From the NCBI GenBank assembly GCA_018711135.1, contig DVIS01000031.1, positions 17,840 to 81,839 on the forward strand: DNA of 64,000 bases. Reading direction: 5' to 3'. Origin of the DNA: Candidatus Onthousia faecavium. GTDB taxonomy: Bacteria; Bacillota_I; Bacilli_A; RF39; UBA660. The position numbers were made by a program, and so were the translations under genes. The notes beneath the pieces were generated by a model, which was not told where the DNA came from, made no database searches, and worked only from the letters and a program-made list of their open reading frames with translations. Shown here in pieces: positions 51,481 to 61,491 of the stretch. How positions within the stretch are numbered: the stretch's first letter is position 1; every line of letters starts with the position of its first letter.

Positions 51481-52608
51481 TTAGTAAGTTCTAATAGGTA
51501 AAACTAATTGTGTTAAACTGTCATCTTCATCACTTTTCAACAGAATAGGTTTAATCTCTCCTACAAAATATAATTCAACTGTTTCTTTATTAAATGATCT
51601 CAAAGCATCCATCATATATTTAGAACTAAATGAAACTTTAACATCAATATCTTGATCCTTAGTAATAACCATTTTCTCTTCTACTCTACCAATTTCTGCA
51701 CTAGATGATTTCATAATCAAATTATTACCGTCAGTTTCTAAAGTAACAATATTTTTATCTTTATCACTTGTTAAAATACTAACTCTATCAACAACATCAT
51801 AGAACTCATTAATATTAAAATGAATTTTTACTAAATGTTCCTTAGGTAACAAATTAGATGTATTTGGATATGTACCATTAATTAATCTAGATTGAAATAA
51901 AATATTCTGATATTTAAATAAAATTTTATTATTGAAAATATGGATTTCCACAATATCTGTGGAATCATCAATAATTTTCGTAAATTCCACTAAATTTCTA
52001 CTTGGAATAACAATATTTTGATTTTCTTTACTTATTTTATCTAACTTTATTACTTTTCTAGACAAACGATAAGAATCTGTTGCATTACATTCTAAAATAT
52101 CTCCTATTAAGTTAAAGTTTATACCATTTAAAATTGCTTTATTTTCATCAATACTAGTAGCAAAAGCTGTTTGATTAACTATTTCTTTTAATAATGATGC
52201 AGAAAGTTCAATATGATTTTTACTTTCTCCTAAATCAATATTAGGATATTCACTTTCACTTATACCATTTAAATTAAATTCACTTTTTTCTGTATAAACT
52301 AATATTTTTAATTCATCTACTACCTCAATATTAATATATTTATCAGGTAATTTTCTTACAATATCTAAAATATATTTTCCTTGAATAATAATACTACCCT
52401 CTTCTTTAACAGTAATAATATCCTCGTTATCACAATCTATAAAAGTTTGAATTGTAATATCATTATCACTAGCTGTAAGAGTTAATCTTTTTTTTGTAAG
52501 ATTAAATTTTATTCCTGCTAGAACAGGTATAACATTTTTACTAGATATAGCTTTTGAAACTTTATTTAAAGCTTCCATTAATATTTCTTTTTTGATTGTA
52601 AATTTCAT
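51481..52608 (-). CDS. dnaN: DNA polymerase III beta sliding clamp
   Basis: 375 aa with three-domain clamp architecture; follows dnaA. Confidence 0.9.
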   Translation of the reverse strand: MKFTIKKEILMEALNKVSKAISSKNVIPVLAGIKFNLTKKRLTLTASDNDITIQTFIDCDNEDIITVKEEGSIIIQGKYILDIVRKLPDKYINIEVVDELKILVYTEKSEFNLNGISESEYPNIDLGESKNHIELSASLLKEIVNQTAFATSIDENKAILNGINFNLIGDILECNATDSYRLSRKVIKLDKISKENQNIVIPSRNLVEFTKIIDDSTDIVEIHIFNNKILFKYQNILFQSRLINGTYPNTSNLLPKEHLVKIHFNINEFYDVVDRVSILTSDKDKNIVTLETDGNNLIMKSSSAEIGRVEEKMVITKDQDIDVKVSFSSKYMMDALRSFNKETVELYFVGEIKPILLKSDEDDSLTQLVLPIRTY

Positions 52609-52654
52609 TATATATTCCTTCTTTCTTATTATATATTTATATTAACAACGTGAA

Positions 52655-52748
52655 TTATGTGGAAAACTAAAAAATTCCTTTATATTATACCATATTTTTT
52701 TAATTTTAGCTGTGGAAAAAAAGTGAAAAACTAATTTTTATCCACAAC
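52655..52748. promoter_or_regulatory. DnaA-box cluster in the dnaA-dnaN spacer (oriC part 2) with an AT-rich tract
   Basis: TGTGGAAAA at 52658 and 52711; perfect TTATCCACA at 52738; AT-rich stretch 52621-52650. Confidence 0.6.
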
Positions 52749-54119
52749 CTAAGGTTTTAAGTCATTTTCAAGTTTTTTAATAATTCCCGCTAAATCACTA
52801 TTGTTTTTTATTTCTTGTTCTATTTTCTCAACAGAATGCATCACTGTTGAATGATCTTTACCTCCAAACTCTGTCCCTATCTTTGGAAATGATTCACTTG
52901 TAAGTTTTCTACACAAATACATTGCTATTTGTCTAGGAAAAGCAATATTACTACTTCTTTTTTTAGATCTAATATCTTCTACAGATATTTGAAAGTATTC
53001 TGCTACAATTTTCTGAATTCTTGTAATATCATTTTTCTCACTTAAGCCTTTACTAATAAAGTCTTTTAAAGCCTCAATCGCGAGATTTACATCAATCCTA
53101 GCCCCTCCCATTATTGTGGAATAAGCTACTAACCTTGTTATTGATCCTTCTAGTTGTCTAACATCACTCCCAATATTTGAAGCAATATACTCTATTACCT
53201 CCTCAGGAATATCCGTTTCAAAATTACCAGCAATAATTTTTTTCCTTAATATCTCTTTTCTTAGTTCAAAATCAGGTGGATAAATATTAACCGTTAATCC
53301 CCAACAAAATCTTGTTCTAAGACGTTCCTCTAATAACTTTAAATCGTTAGGAGATCTATCTGAGGAAATAATAATTTGCTTAGAGTCATTATATAAATTA
53401 GTAAAAGTATGGAAAAACTCTTGTTGCGTTTGGGTAGCCCCCCCTAAGAATTGAATATCATCAATGATAAGTACATCTATATTTCGATATTTATTCTTAA
53501 AAAAGTCTATATAACTAAAATTAGTACCCTTCTCGTCTTTCTTATTTATACCTACAAAATCATCTCTAAACTGATCACTTGTAACATATAATACTCGCCG
53601 ATTAGAGTTATCAACAATATAATTGCCTATCGCATGCATTAAATGTGTCTTTCCTAATCCACTATTACCATATATAAATAAGGGATTGTACATCTTCCCA
53701 GGATTTTCCGCTACTGACAAAGCCGCCGCCTGTGCAAATTTATTTGAATCTCCTACAATAAAATTTTCAAAATTATATTTTGGGTTTAAATTTGATTTTG
53801 TCTTAAAATTCTTAGGTATTCCCTCCTCTACTGCTTTTTCTTCCTCTTTTTTTTGCTCTATTTTTATTTGCACCTCATCTGGCAATAAAAAAGCAAGTTC
53901 AAAGTTTGTTCCTGTAACTTTATTCAGTGCCTCTCTTATTAGTTCAAAATAATTATCTGATAAATGTTTTTTATGAATAGACATAGGTACTTCAATATAT
54001 GCTGTACCATCTTTAAGTTCAAGTAAATTAACATCACTAAACCAAGTATCAAAGGCTAAGGATGAAAGCTCATCTTTTATTTCTTTCAAGCAATTTTGCC
54101 ACAAAATTTCGACATTCAT
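52749..54119 (-). CDS. dnaA: chromosomal replication initiator protein DnaA
   Basis: AAA+ module (GNSGLGKTHL), C-terminal DnaA signature. Start placed at ATG 54119, which has a GGAGGTG RBS. Confidence 0.95.
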   Translation of the reverse strand: MNVEILWQNCLKEIKDELSSLAFDTWFSDVNLLELKDGTAYIEVPMSIHKKHLSDNYFELIREALNKVTGTNFELAFLLPDEVQIKIEQKKEEEKAVEEGIPKNFKTKSNLNPKYNFENFIVGDSNKFAQAAALSVAENPGKMYNPLFIYGNSGLGKTHLMHAIGNYIVDNSNRRVLYVTSDQFRDDFVGINKKDEKGTNFSYIDFFKNKYRNIDVLIIDDIQFLGGATQTQQEFFHTFTNLYNDSKQIIISSDRSPNDLKLLEERLRTRFCWGLTVNIYPPDFELRKEILRKKIIAGNFETDIPEEVIEYIASNIGSDVRQLEGSITRLVAYSTIMGGARIDVNLAIEALKDFISKGLSEKNDITRIQKIVAEYFQISVEDIRSKKRSSNIAFPRQIAMYLCRKLTSESFPKIGTEFGGKDHSTVMHSVEKIEQEIKNNSDLAGIIKKLENDLKP

Positions 54120-54167
54120 CCTAACACCTCCCACCTGATTTCATAAATTCAACAATATAATACTCTA

Positions 54168-54350
54168 AATTTGTGGAAAAGGAAATAGTAAAAATGAAAT
54201 TTTAAAGTTTCCACAATTTATCCACAATTTTGTCCACAACAAAAAACGACATATATCAACAAAAAGTCAAGTTTTCCACATTTTCCACAATTTTAAAATT
54301 CACAAGTTAATAAAACTTATCCACACCATGTGAAAACTGTGGATAATAAA
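54168..54350. promoter_or_regulatory. oriC part 1: DnaA-box cluster upstream of dnaA
   Basis: at least 8 boxes. Perfect TTATCCACA at 54218 and 54318; perfect inverse TGTGGATAA at 54338; variants TTTCCACA, TTGTCCACA, TTTTCCACA x2, TGTGGAAAA. Confidence 0.7.
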
Positions 54351-54504
54351 AAAAAATGAACATGACATCTTATACCAAAGCATAGTTTTTTATCATAATA
54401 ATCAAAAAGATAATAATAAAGGAAAAGGCCGCCATCGTTAAAATGGTGCACATCTTAATTAAAACGGGAACTTCGAATTTTATTTAATGAGGTGTAAAAA
54501 CACC

Positions 54505-54534
54505 TTGACAAACCATTAATCTTCTTATTATAAT
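54505..54534 (+). promoter_or_regulatory. rpmH promoter
   Basis: TTGACA, 18-nt spacer, TATAAT, about 30 nt upstream of rpmH. Confidence 0.4.
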
Positions 54535-54564
54535 AATGTAGATTTTAAGTCTGGAGGTGTTAAA

Positions 54565-54690
54565 ATGAAAAGAACATATCAACCTAATAAAAGAAAAAGA
54601 GCTAAAAAGCATGGTTTCTTTGCTCGTAAAAATGGAGAAGGTAAAATTTTAAATAGTCGTCGTAAGAAAGGACGTAAAGAATTAGTATAA
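54565..54690 (+). CDS. rpmH: 50S ribosomal protein L34
   Basis: [51 protein letters not shown]. Not in the ORF track because it is short. Confidence 0.85.
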   Translation: MKRTYQPNKRKRAKKHGFFARKNGEGKILNSRRKKGRKELV

Positions 54691-54696
54691 TAAATT

Positions 54697-54721
54697 CCAC
54701 TGTTTTTGCAGTGGTTTTTTG
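54697..54721 (+). terminator. intrinsic terminator after rpmH
   Basis: CCACTGtttttgCAGTGG followed by T6. Confidence 0.6.
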
Positions 54722-54779
54722 TACATCGCAAATCAATTATCAACATGAATAGGGGAGTTATTATAGGAAGTGATCCATC

Positions 54780-55106
54780 TTGAATAAAAAATATATAATA
54801 AAAGAAGCGAAAGAATTTGATCGTTTAATAAAAAAAGGATATTGTATTAAAAACTACAATTTTTTAATTTTCTATGAAGAAAACAAGTTTCCTTATAATA
54901 AATATGGTATTTCCGTTCCAAAAAAAATAGGTAAAGCTCATATAAGAAATAAACTAAAAAGAAAAATACGTGCCATCCTAAGGAATTATAAAAAGTCATT
55001 TTCAAAAAACTATAACTGTATTATAATTATAAGAAATAGCTGTTTAACATTAACTTATCAAGAGTTATCTAACAGTTTAGAAAAATTATTAACTAAAATT
55101 AAGTAA
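54780..55106 (+). CDS. rnpA: ribonuclease P protein component
   Basis: TTG start; KIGKAHIRNKLKRKIRAI matches the RnpA RNR-like motif region. Confidence 0.8.
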   Translation: MNKKYIIKEAKEFDRLIKKGYCIKNYNFLIFYEENKFPYNKYGISVPKKIGKAHIRNKLKRKIRAILRNYKKSFSKNYNCIIIIRNSCLTLTYQELSNSLEKLLTKIK

Positions 55107-55116
55107 GGAGAAGACG

Positions 55117-56055
55117 ATGAAAAAAATAAAATCAAAATTTAAAATATTTATTATAATAATGTTGCTATTTGGAGTAACTGGTTGCCAAACAACATTAGTA
55201 GATGAAGAAAATAAGGCTGTCAAAAATCCTGAGACAGGACAAGCTTTAACCGAAAACATCTTATGTCAACCAACTGAAGAAAAAACTAGAAAACTATATG
55301 AAGAAAATGGAGTAGACTTAGACAAATTACCGAAATGTACGGAATTTACTCCAACCTCAACTGAATATGATGGTCTTTGGACAGGAATCTTTGTTAAACC
55401 ATTAGCTTTTCTTATTTTAACACTAGGAAAATATATTGGTAGTTTTGCTCTAAGTATCATCATAATTACTATTATAATAAGGTTAATCCTTTATCCATTC
55501 ACTAGAAAAATGGCTCTTCAAAGTGAAATGATGCAAAAAGCTACTCCTGAATTAGAACGAATCAGAAAGAAATATGAAGGAAAGACAGATCAAGAATCAA
55601 TGCTAAGACAAAATCAAGAAATGATGATGATTTATAAAAAATATAATTTTAATCCTCTAACCAGCTGCCTTGTTTCCTTTATTCAATTTCCATTATTATT
55701 AGCATTCTTAGAAGCCATAAATAGAGTACCAGCCATTTTTGAGGAAAATTTCCTAGGTATTCAACTAGGTACAACCCCAATGATAGGATTTTCTACCTCA
55801 ACTTTCTATGTTTATATCATTTTAATTATAATTATTGGCCTTTCTACCATTTTCACTTTTAAAACAACTAGTATGGGTTCAGGAAGTGATCCATCTATGA
55901 AAATGATGCCTATTGTTATGAGTGTTATCATTATTATTACAGCCTTCTTTATGCCATCAGCTTTAGGTATCTATTGGTCAGTAGGAAATATTTTCGCAAT
56001 TGTTCAAAATATAATTGTTAAGAAAGGATTTACAAAGCATGATAGAAAAGCATAA
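55117..56055 (+). CDS. yidC: membrane protein insertase YidC (lipoprotein-type, SpoIIIJ/OxaA-like)
   Basis: lipobox LLFGVTGC; 5-TM YidC core with conserved region. Confidence 0.85.
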   Translation: MKKIKSKFKIFIIIMLLFGVTGCQTTLVDEENKAVKNPETGQALTENILCQPTEEKTRKLYEENGVDLDKLPKCTEFTPTSTEYDGLWTGIFVKPLAFLILTLGKYIGSFALSIIIITIIIRLILYPFTRKMALQSEMMQKATPELERIRKKYEGKTDQESMLRQNQEMMMIYKKYNFNPLTSCLVSFIQFPLLLAFLEAINRVPAIFEENFLGIQLGTTPMIGFSTSTFYVYIILIIIIGLSTIFTFKTTSMGSGSDPSMKMMPIVMSVIIIITAFFMPSALGIYWSVGNIFAIVQNIIVKKGFTKHDRKA

Positions 56056-56650
56056 TTATACAGGGAAAACTTATGATGAAGCATTAAATAAAGCTAAAAT
56101 AGCTCTCCAAGAATTAGAAAATAACTTGATCATTAATGTTAAAGAAGAAAAGAAAAGTCTTCTAAGTAAAAAAGTAGAAATTGAGGTTATAGAAAAAAGA
56201 GCCATTAAAGATTTAATTAAAAGACTAATAAAAGATTTACTAAAAAATATTGGCTTTGATGTTGAAATAGAAATTACTGTAAATAACAACGTTCCTACCT
56301 ATCGTCTTTATTCTGATAATGATGCTTTACTAATTGGCAAAGATGGCAGAAATCTTAAAGCATTAACGACTATTATTAATCAAATCATAATTAAAGAAAT
56401 AGGGACAAATTATAAATTTATAATTGATGTAAGTGATTATAAAAAAAGAAATGATCAACATATCGAAACTTTAGCTAAGAAATTAGCTAAAGAGGTAAAG
56501 AATACTGGTATTGAAGTTAAAATGGATAGAATGAACTCATATCAGAGAAGACTAGTTCATAATATCCTTTCTAACAATAAATATGTCTATACAGAAAGTA
56601 TAGGAGAGGAACCTAATCGTTATGTCGTTATTAAACCAAGGGATAAATAA
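56015..56650 (+). CDS. jag: RNA-binding protein Jag/KhpB (KH plus R3H)
   Basis: C-terminal R3H (MNSYQRRLVHN) after a KH-like region; downstream of yidC. Confidence 0.75.
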   Translation: MLRKDLQSMIEKHNYTGKTYDEALNKAKIALQELENNLIINVKEEKKSLLSKKVEIEVIEKRAIKDLIKRLIKDLLKNIGFDVEIEITVNNNVPTYRLYSDNDALLIGKDGRNLKALTTIINQIIIKEIGTNYKFIIDVSDYKKRNDQHIETLAKKLAKEVKNTGIEVKMDRMNSYQRRLVHNILSNNKYVYTESIGEEPNRYVVIKPRDK

Positions 56651-56765
56651 TATTCCTTTTTTTGTCAATTTCTGCCAAGTTACTTTAAATAAAAGCATAT
56701 AAACTTTACAATAACATGAAAATAAAATATAATAAACAAACTGTAGAGAAAGGAAGGGTGAATTA

Positions 56766-57554
56766 ATGTTAGGAAAAGAAGACATAATAAAAGAAAGAGA
56801 TGAGTTATCATTTTTAAAAGATATACTAGCTTACGAGGAGACTAAATTAAAATGTAGCCTTGATGAGCTTTCTAAATATAGCGAGGTTCAAAACTATATT
56901 TCATTATTAAAAAATATTAGAAGTTATCAAAAACAGGGAGTATATAAAGATCCCATTAAAGCTACTTATGAAGACAATTTAGATTTCTTAGTAGACTTTT
57001 ATAAAGAGGTTAAACTTTATAAAGAAACGGCTAAAACTTTAACAGATTATCAAAATTATAGTAAAAAACTAGAGACTTTTACCTCAACTGAAGAAGGTAT
57101 AATTTATAATGGTAAATCTGAAAAACCATGTAAAACTTATTCTATCTATGATTTATTAAATCACTTAATGACTTTAAAACAATCAAATTTTCAAACAACT
57201 CCGGAAGAATTGTCTAAATATAGAGATATTGTAGCAAGAAATATTACATCTAAAAAACATTATCAAGATGATGAAATAACAGAGACATTTCTAGGTACAA
57301 AAATATATCAAAACCCTGAAAATTATGCTGTTGAAGATATAGAAACCGGATTAGCTAAATTTCAAACAGGTAGTTCGACTTATAAATTTGAAAATGGTAT
57401 AATAAGTTTAGTATCTTTCAATGATTCTTTTATAAAGTCCAAGAGTTTAAGTCAAAGAGAAGAACATGCTTTTTATAGTGAAGAAGCATATGTTCTTTTA
57501 AAAATAGATAAGGATACGAAAATTAAGAAAATAGGAGTAAAGAAACATGAATGA
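56766..57554 (+). CDS. hypothetical protein inserted between jag and mnmE
   Basis: 262-aa ORF with no recognised motif; overlaps the mnmE start by 8 nt. Confidence 0.4.
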   Translation: MLGKEDIIKERDELSFLKDILAYEETKLKCSLDELSKYSEVQNYISLLKNIRSYQKQGVYKDPIKATYEDNLDFLVDFYKEVKLYKETAKTLTDYQNYSKKLETFTSTEEGIIYNGKSEKPCKTYSIYDLLNHLMTLKQSNFQTTPEELSKYRDIVARNITSKKHYQDDEITETFLGTKIYQNPENYAVEDIETGLAKFQTGSSTYKFENGIISLVSFNDSFIKSKSLSQREEHAFYSEEAYVLLKIDKDTKIKKIGVKKHE

Positions 57555-58902
57555 TACCATTGTTGCTATATCAACCAAATTAGGAGAAGGGGCTATTTCT
57601 ATTATTAGAGTTAGTGGACCTGAATCTATCAATATTGTAAATAAACTATTTAAAGGAAAAGACTTAACTAAAGTAACTAGTCATACCATAAACTATGGTT
57701 TTATTAATGATGGTATTAAAGATATTGATGAGGTTCTAGTATCTATTATGAGGGCTCCTAAAACTTTTACTAGAGAAGATATTGTTGAGGTAAATTGTCA
57801 TGGTGGTATTGCTCCAACTCTAAAAATATTAGAACTCATAAATCAAGCTGGCGCCCGTCTTGCTGAGCCTGGAGAATTTACTAAACGTGCATTTTTAAAT
57901 GGCCGAATTGATTTAACTCAGGCCGAAGCAGTTATGGATATAATTCAAAGTAAAACAGATGCCAATCGTTCTTTAGCTCTATCTTCTTTAGAAGGAAACT
58001 TAAAAAACTACATCACAACTTTTCGTGATAAATTAAAATACTTATTAGCAAATATTGAAGTTAATATTGACTATCCAGAGTATTATGATATTGAAGAAAT
58101 AACTCTAGAAGACATAAAAAAGACAATTACTGACTTAAAAGTGGATCTTCAAGACTTAATAACGAGATCAGTTGAACGATTAATTGTAAAAAATGGTATT
58201 AAAACAATTATTATTGGACGTCCTAATGTAGGTAAAAGTAGTATTCTAAATACTTTCTTAAAAGAAGATAAAGCTATCGTAACCAATATTGAAGGGACTA
58301 CTAGAGATCTTGTTGAAGGAGAAATAATCTTTGATGGAATAGAACTATCCCTAATTGATACTGCGGGAATTAGAGAAACTGATAATATTGTTGAAAAAAT
58401 AGGGGTAGAGAAAAGTCTTTCTCTAATAGATAATGCTGATTTAATCATTGTCGTATTAAATAGTAGTGAAGAGTTAACAGATAATGATAAATTTATCTTA
58501 GATAAAGTAAAAGATAGAAATCCAATCATTGTTCTAAATAAAAATGACTTAAAAGCTAAACTCCACAAAGAAGATTTTACTTTTGATCATATTGTCAGCA
58601 CTAATACTAATTCTTTTACAGGGATAGATAGTTTAAAACAAGAAATAAAAAAAATGTTTAATTTAGATGAAATTAAAGAGCAAGACTATACTTATCTAGC
58701 TAATAATCGACAACTTCTTTTAGCTAAACAAGCCAAAAAAAATCTAGAAGAAGCTGAGAAAAGTTTATTAGCAGATACCCCTGTTGATATAATTGAAATT
58801 GACTTAAGAGCAGTCTTTGATACTTTAGGAGAAATAACAGGTGAAAACTATAGTGATGAATTATTAGATGAACTATTTAAAGACTTTTGTGTAGGAAAAT
58901 AA
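57547..58902 (+). CDS. mnmE: tRNA modification GTPase MnmE
   Basis: G-domain GRPNVGKSS and DTAGIRE; C-terminal CVGK. Confidence 0.9.
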   Translation: MNDTIVAISTKLGEGAISIIRVSGPESINIVNKLFKGKDLTKVTSHTINYGFINDGIKDIDEVLVSIMRAPKTFTREDIVEVNCHGGIAPTLKILELINQAGARLAEPGEFTKRAFLNGRIDLTQAEAVMDIIQSKTDANRSLALSSLEGNLKNYITTFRDKLKYLLANIEVNIDYPEYYDIEEITLEDIKKTITDLKVDLQDLITRSVERLIVKNGIKTIIIGRPNVGKSSILNTFLKEDKAIVTNIEGTTRDLVEGEIIFDGIELSLIDTAGIRETDNIVEKIGVEKSLSLIDNADLIIVVLNSSEELTDNDKFILDKVKDRNPIIVLNKNDLKAKLHKEDFTFDHIVSTNTNSFTGIDSLKQEIKKMFNLDEIKEQDYTYLANNRQLLLAKQAKKNLEEAEKSLLADTPVDIIEIDLRAVFDTLGEITGENYSDELLDELFKDFCVGK

Positions 58903-58919
58903 AGGAAAGAGGTGTTAAA

Positions 58920-60776
58920 ATGGAACCAGAAATTATTGTCGTAGGTGGTGGCCATGCTGGTGTAGAAGCCGCTTTAGCAAGTGCACGAATTGGTCACATA
59001 ACTCTTCTTGTTACAGGAAATATCTCTAATATTGCCGACATGCCTTGTAATCCATCAATTGGCGGACCTGCTAAAGGTATTGTTGTAAGAGAAATAGATG
59101 CCCTAGGTGGTGAAATGGCCAAAAATACTGATAAAAGCTCTTTACAAATGAAAATGCTTAATACCAAAAAAGGACCAGCTGTCTGGGCTTTAAGAGCTCA
59201 AGCTGATAAAGAATTATACAAAAAAGAAATGCTTGTTACGCTAATGCAAGAAGAAAATCTTACTATAAAAGAAGCCTTAGTAAAAGAACTATTAATAGAA
59301 GATAAAAAAGCGGTAGGAGTTTTATTAGAAGATGGTACTAAAATTAAAAGTAAAGCTGTAATTTTAACAACAGGAACCTATCTAAAAGGAACTATCCTAG
59401 TAGGAAGTAATAAAGAAGAGGGTGGACCTCATGGTGAAAAAGCCAGTAACTATTTAAGTCCTTTCTTAAAAAGTATTGGCTTTAAGATTTTACGTTTAAA
59501 AACAGGAACTCCTCCTCGTCTTGCCAAAGATAGTATTAACTTTTCCAAAGCAGAGTTAGAAAAGGGGAGTGATGAAGATTTAGCTTTCTCCTACGATAAC
59601 GAAGGAGCCTTAGCTTATAAATATCAAATTCCTTGCCATCTAATCTATACAAATGAAAAAACTCATCAAATAATTAAAGAGCATCTAACAGAATCAAGTA
59701 TGTATGGTGGTTATGTTGAAGGAGTAGGTCCTCGTTATTGTCCTTCTATCGAAGATAAAGTCGTTCGTTTTGCTGATAAACCACGTCATCAACTATTCTT
59801 AGAACCAGAAAGCCTATCCTATGATGATATCTATCTTCAAGGTTTTTCAACTAGTATGCCTCATTATGTTCAAGAGCAAATGGTTCACTCTTTAGAAGGA
59901 TTAGAACATGCAAAAATATTAAAATATGCCTATGCAATTGAGTATGATGCGATTGATCCTAAACAAATTAAACCGTCTTTAGAAACAAAAATTATTGAAA
60001 ATCTTTATACTGCTGGACAAATAAATGGTACTAGTGGTTATGAAGAAGCAGCCGGTCAAGGCCTTATGGCTGGAATTAATGCTTCTTTAAAATTAGAAAA
60101 CAAAGAACCCTTAATCTTAAAGAGAAACGAATCATATATTGGTGTTTTAATTGATGACTTAGTAACGAAAGGTGTAACAGATCCTTACCGTCTTTTAACC
60201 TCTCGTGCTGAATATCGTCTTCTTCTTCGTGATGACAACGCTGATTTAAGACTCCGTGAATATGGTCATCAAGTAGGCCTTATCAAAGAAGACACCTATC
60301 AAAAGTTCTTACAGAAAAAAGAAGATATTAATGAACTTACAAAATTGTTAAGAGAAACAAAAATAACTCCTAAAGAACAAATCAACCAAGCTTTAATGTC
60401 TATCCCTACCTCACCAATAAAAGATAGTATCACTTTATACGATTTATTAAAAAGACCAGAAATAAAAATAGATGATCTTAATAAATTTATAACTTTAGAT
60501 TATGATAAAAATGTTAAAAAAGAGGTAGAAATAAATATTTCTTATGAAGGTTATATAGTTAAGGCCGAAAAAGAAGCTTTAAAAATGTTAGATTTAGAAA
60601 ATAAAAAGATAGCTATAGATATAGATTATGATGACATACCTAATATTGCTAGTGAAGCGAAAGAAAAATTAAAAGAAATTAGACCATTAACCTTAGGTCA
60701 GGCCAGTCGTATTAGTGGAGTAAATCCTGCCGATATTGCGATACTATCAGTCTATTTAAAGAAACGAGGTATCTAA
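58920..60776 (+). CDS. mnmG: tRNA uridine 5-carboxymethylaminomethyl modification enzyme MnmG
   Basis: FAD-binding IVVGGGHAG; 619 aa; start ATG 58920 has RBS AGGAAAGAGGTG. Confidence 0.9.
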   Translation: MEPEIIVVGGGHAGVEAALASARIGHITLLVTGNISNIADMPCNPSIGGPAKGIVVREIDALGGEMAKNTDKSSLQMKMLNTKKGPAVWALRAQADKELYKKEMLVTLMQEENLTIKEALVKELLIEDKKAVGVLLEDGTKIKSKAVILTTGTYLKGTILVGSNKEEGGPHGEKASNYLSPFLKSIGFKILRLKTGTPPRLAKDSINFSKAELEKGSDEDLAFSYDNEGALAYKYQIPCHLIYTNEKTHQIIKEHLTESSMYGGYVEGVGPRYCPSIEDKVVRFADKPRHQLFLEPESLSYDDIYLQGFSTSMPHYVQEQMVHSLEGLEHAKILKYAYAIEYDAIDPKQIKPSLETKIIENLYTAGQINGTSGYEEAAGQGLMAGINASLKLENKEPLILKRNESYIGVLIDDLVTKGVTDPYRLLTSRAEYRLLLRDDNADLRLREYGHQVGLIKEDTYQKFLQKKEDINELTKLLRETKITPKEQINQALMSIPTSPIKDSITLYDLLKRPEIKIDDLNKFITLDYDKNVKKEVEINISYEGYIVKAEKEALKMLDLENKKIAIDIDYDDIPNIASEAKEKLKEIRPLTLGQASRISGVNPADIAILSVYLKKRGI

Positions 60777-60777
60777 A

Positions 60778-61422
60778 ATGAATGAACAAGAATTTATAAA
60801 AGCTATTGAAGATTTAGGATTAACAATAACTTTGGATCAACAGAAAAAATTAGAACTAGTTTATAATACATTAATAGAAACTAATACAAAAATGAATTTA
60901 ACGCGCATTACAGCCAAAGAAGATGTTTACTTAAAACATTTTTATGACAGCTTAACTATTGTCAAAATCGCTGATCTTTCAAAAGTAAATACTCTATGTG
61001 ATATTGGTAGTGGTGCTGGTTTTCCTGGTATAATTCTAAAAATATTTTATGATAACCTTGATATTACTTTAATTGATGCCTTAAATAAAAGAGTAGTTTA
61101 CTTAAATAATCTAATTGAAAAATTAAACCTTAAAAATATTAGAGCTTATCACATGAGAGCTGAAGATTTAATTAGAAAGCATAAAACATTTGACCTTGTA
61201 ACTGCACGAGCTGTCGCTGCTTTACCTAAATTATTACCTTGGGCTATGCCTCTAGTAAATACTCATGGTAGTTTTATCGCTATGAAAGGAAATGTCCTTG
61301 ATGAACTAAATGATGCTAAAAAATTAATGATCAAAAAAAAATGGTACCTAAATAGTCAAGTTACCTTTTCTCTTCCTCATGACGCTGGTATAAGGACCTT
61401 ATTAGAACTAAAGAAAAAATAA
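60778..61422 (+). CDS. rsmG: 16S rRNA (guanine527-N7)-methyltransferase RsmG
   Basis: DIGSGAGFPGI SAM motif. Confidence 0.85.
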   Translation: MNEQEFIKAIEDLGLTITLDQQKKLELVYNTLIETNTKMNLTRITAKEDVYLKHFYDSLTIVKIADLSKVNTLCDIGSGAGFPGIILKIFYDNLDITLIDALNKRVVYLNNLIEKLNLKNIRAYHMRAEDLIRKHKTFDLVTARAVAALPKLLPWAMPLVNTHGSFIAMKGNVLDELNDAKKLMIKKKWYLNSQVTFSLPHDAGIRTLLELKKK

Positions 61423-61491
61423 TACTAGTAAACCTGAAAAAATATGCTATAATGATACTAGAGATAAAATAAAAGAATAAGAGGGGATAAT

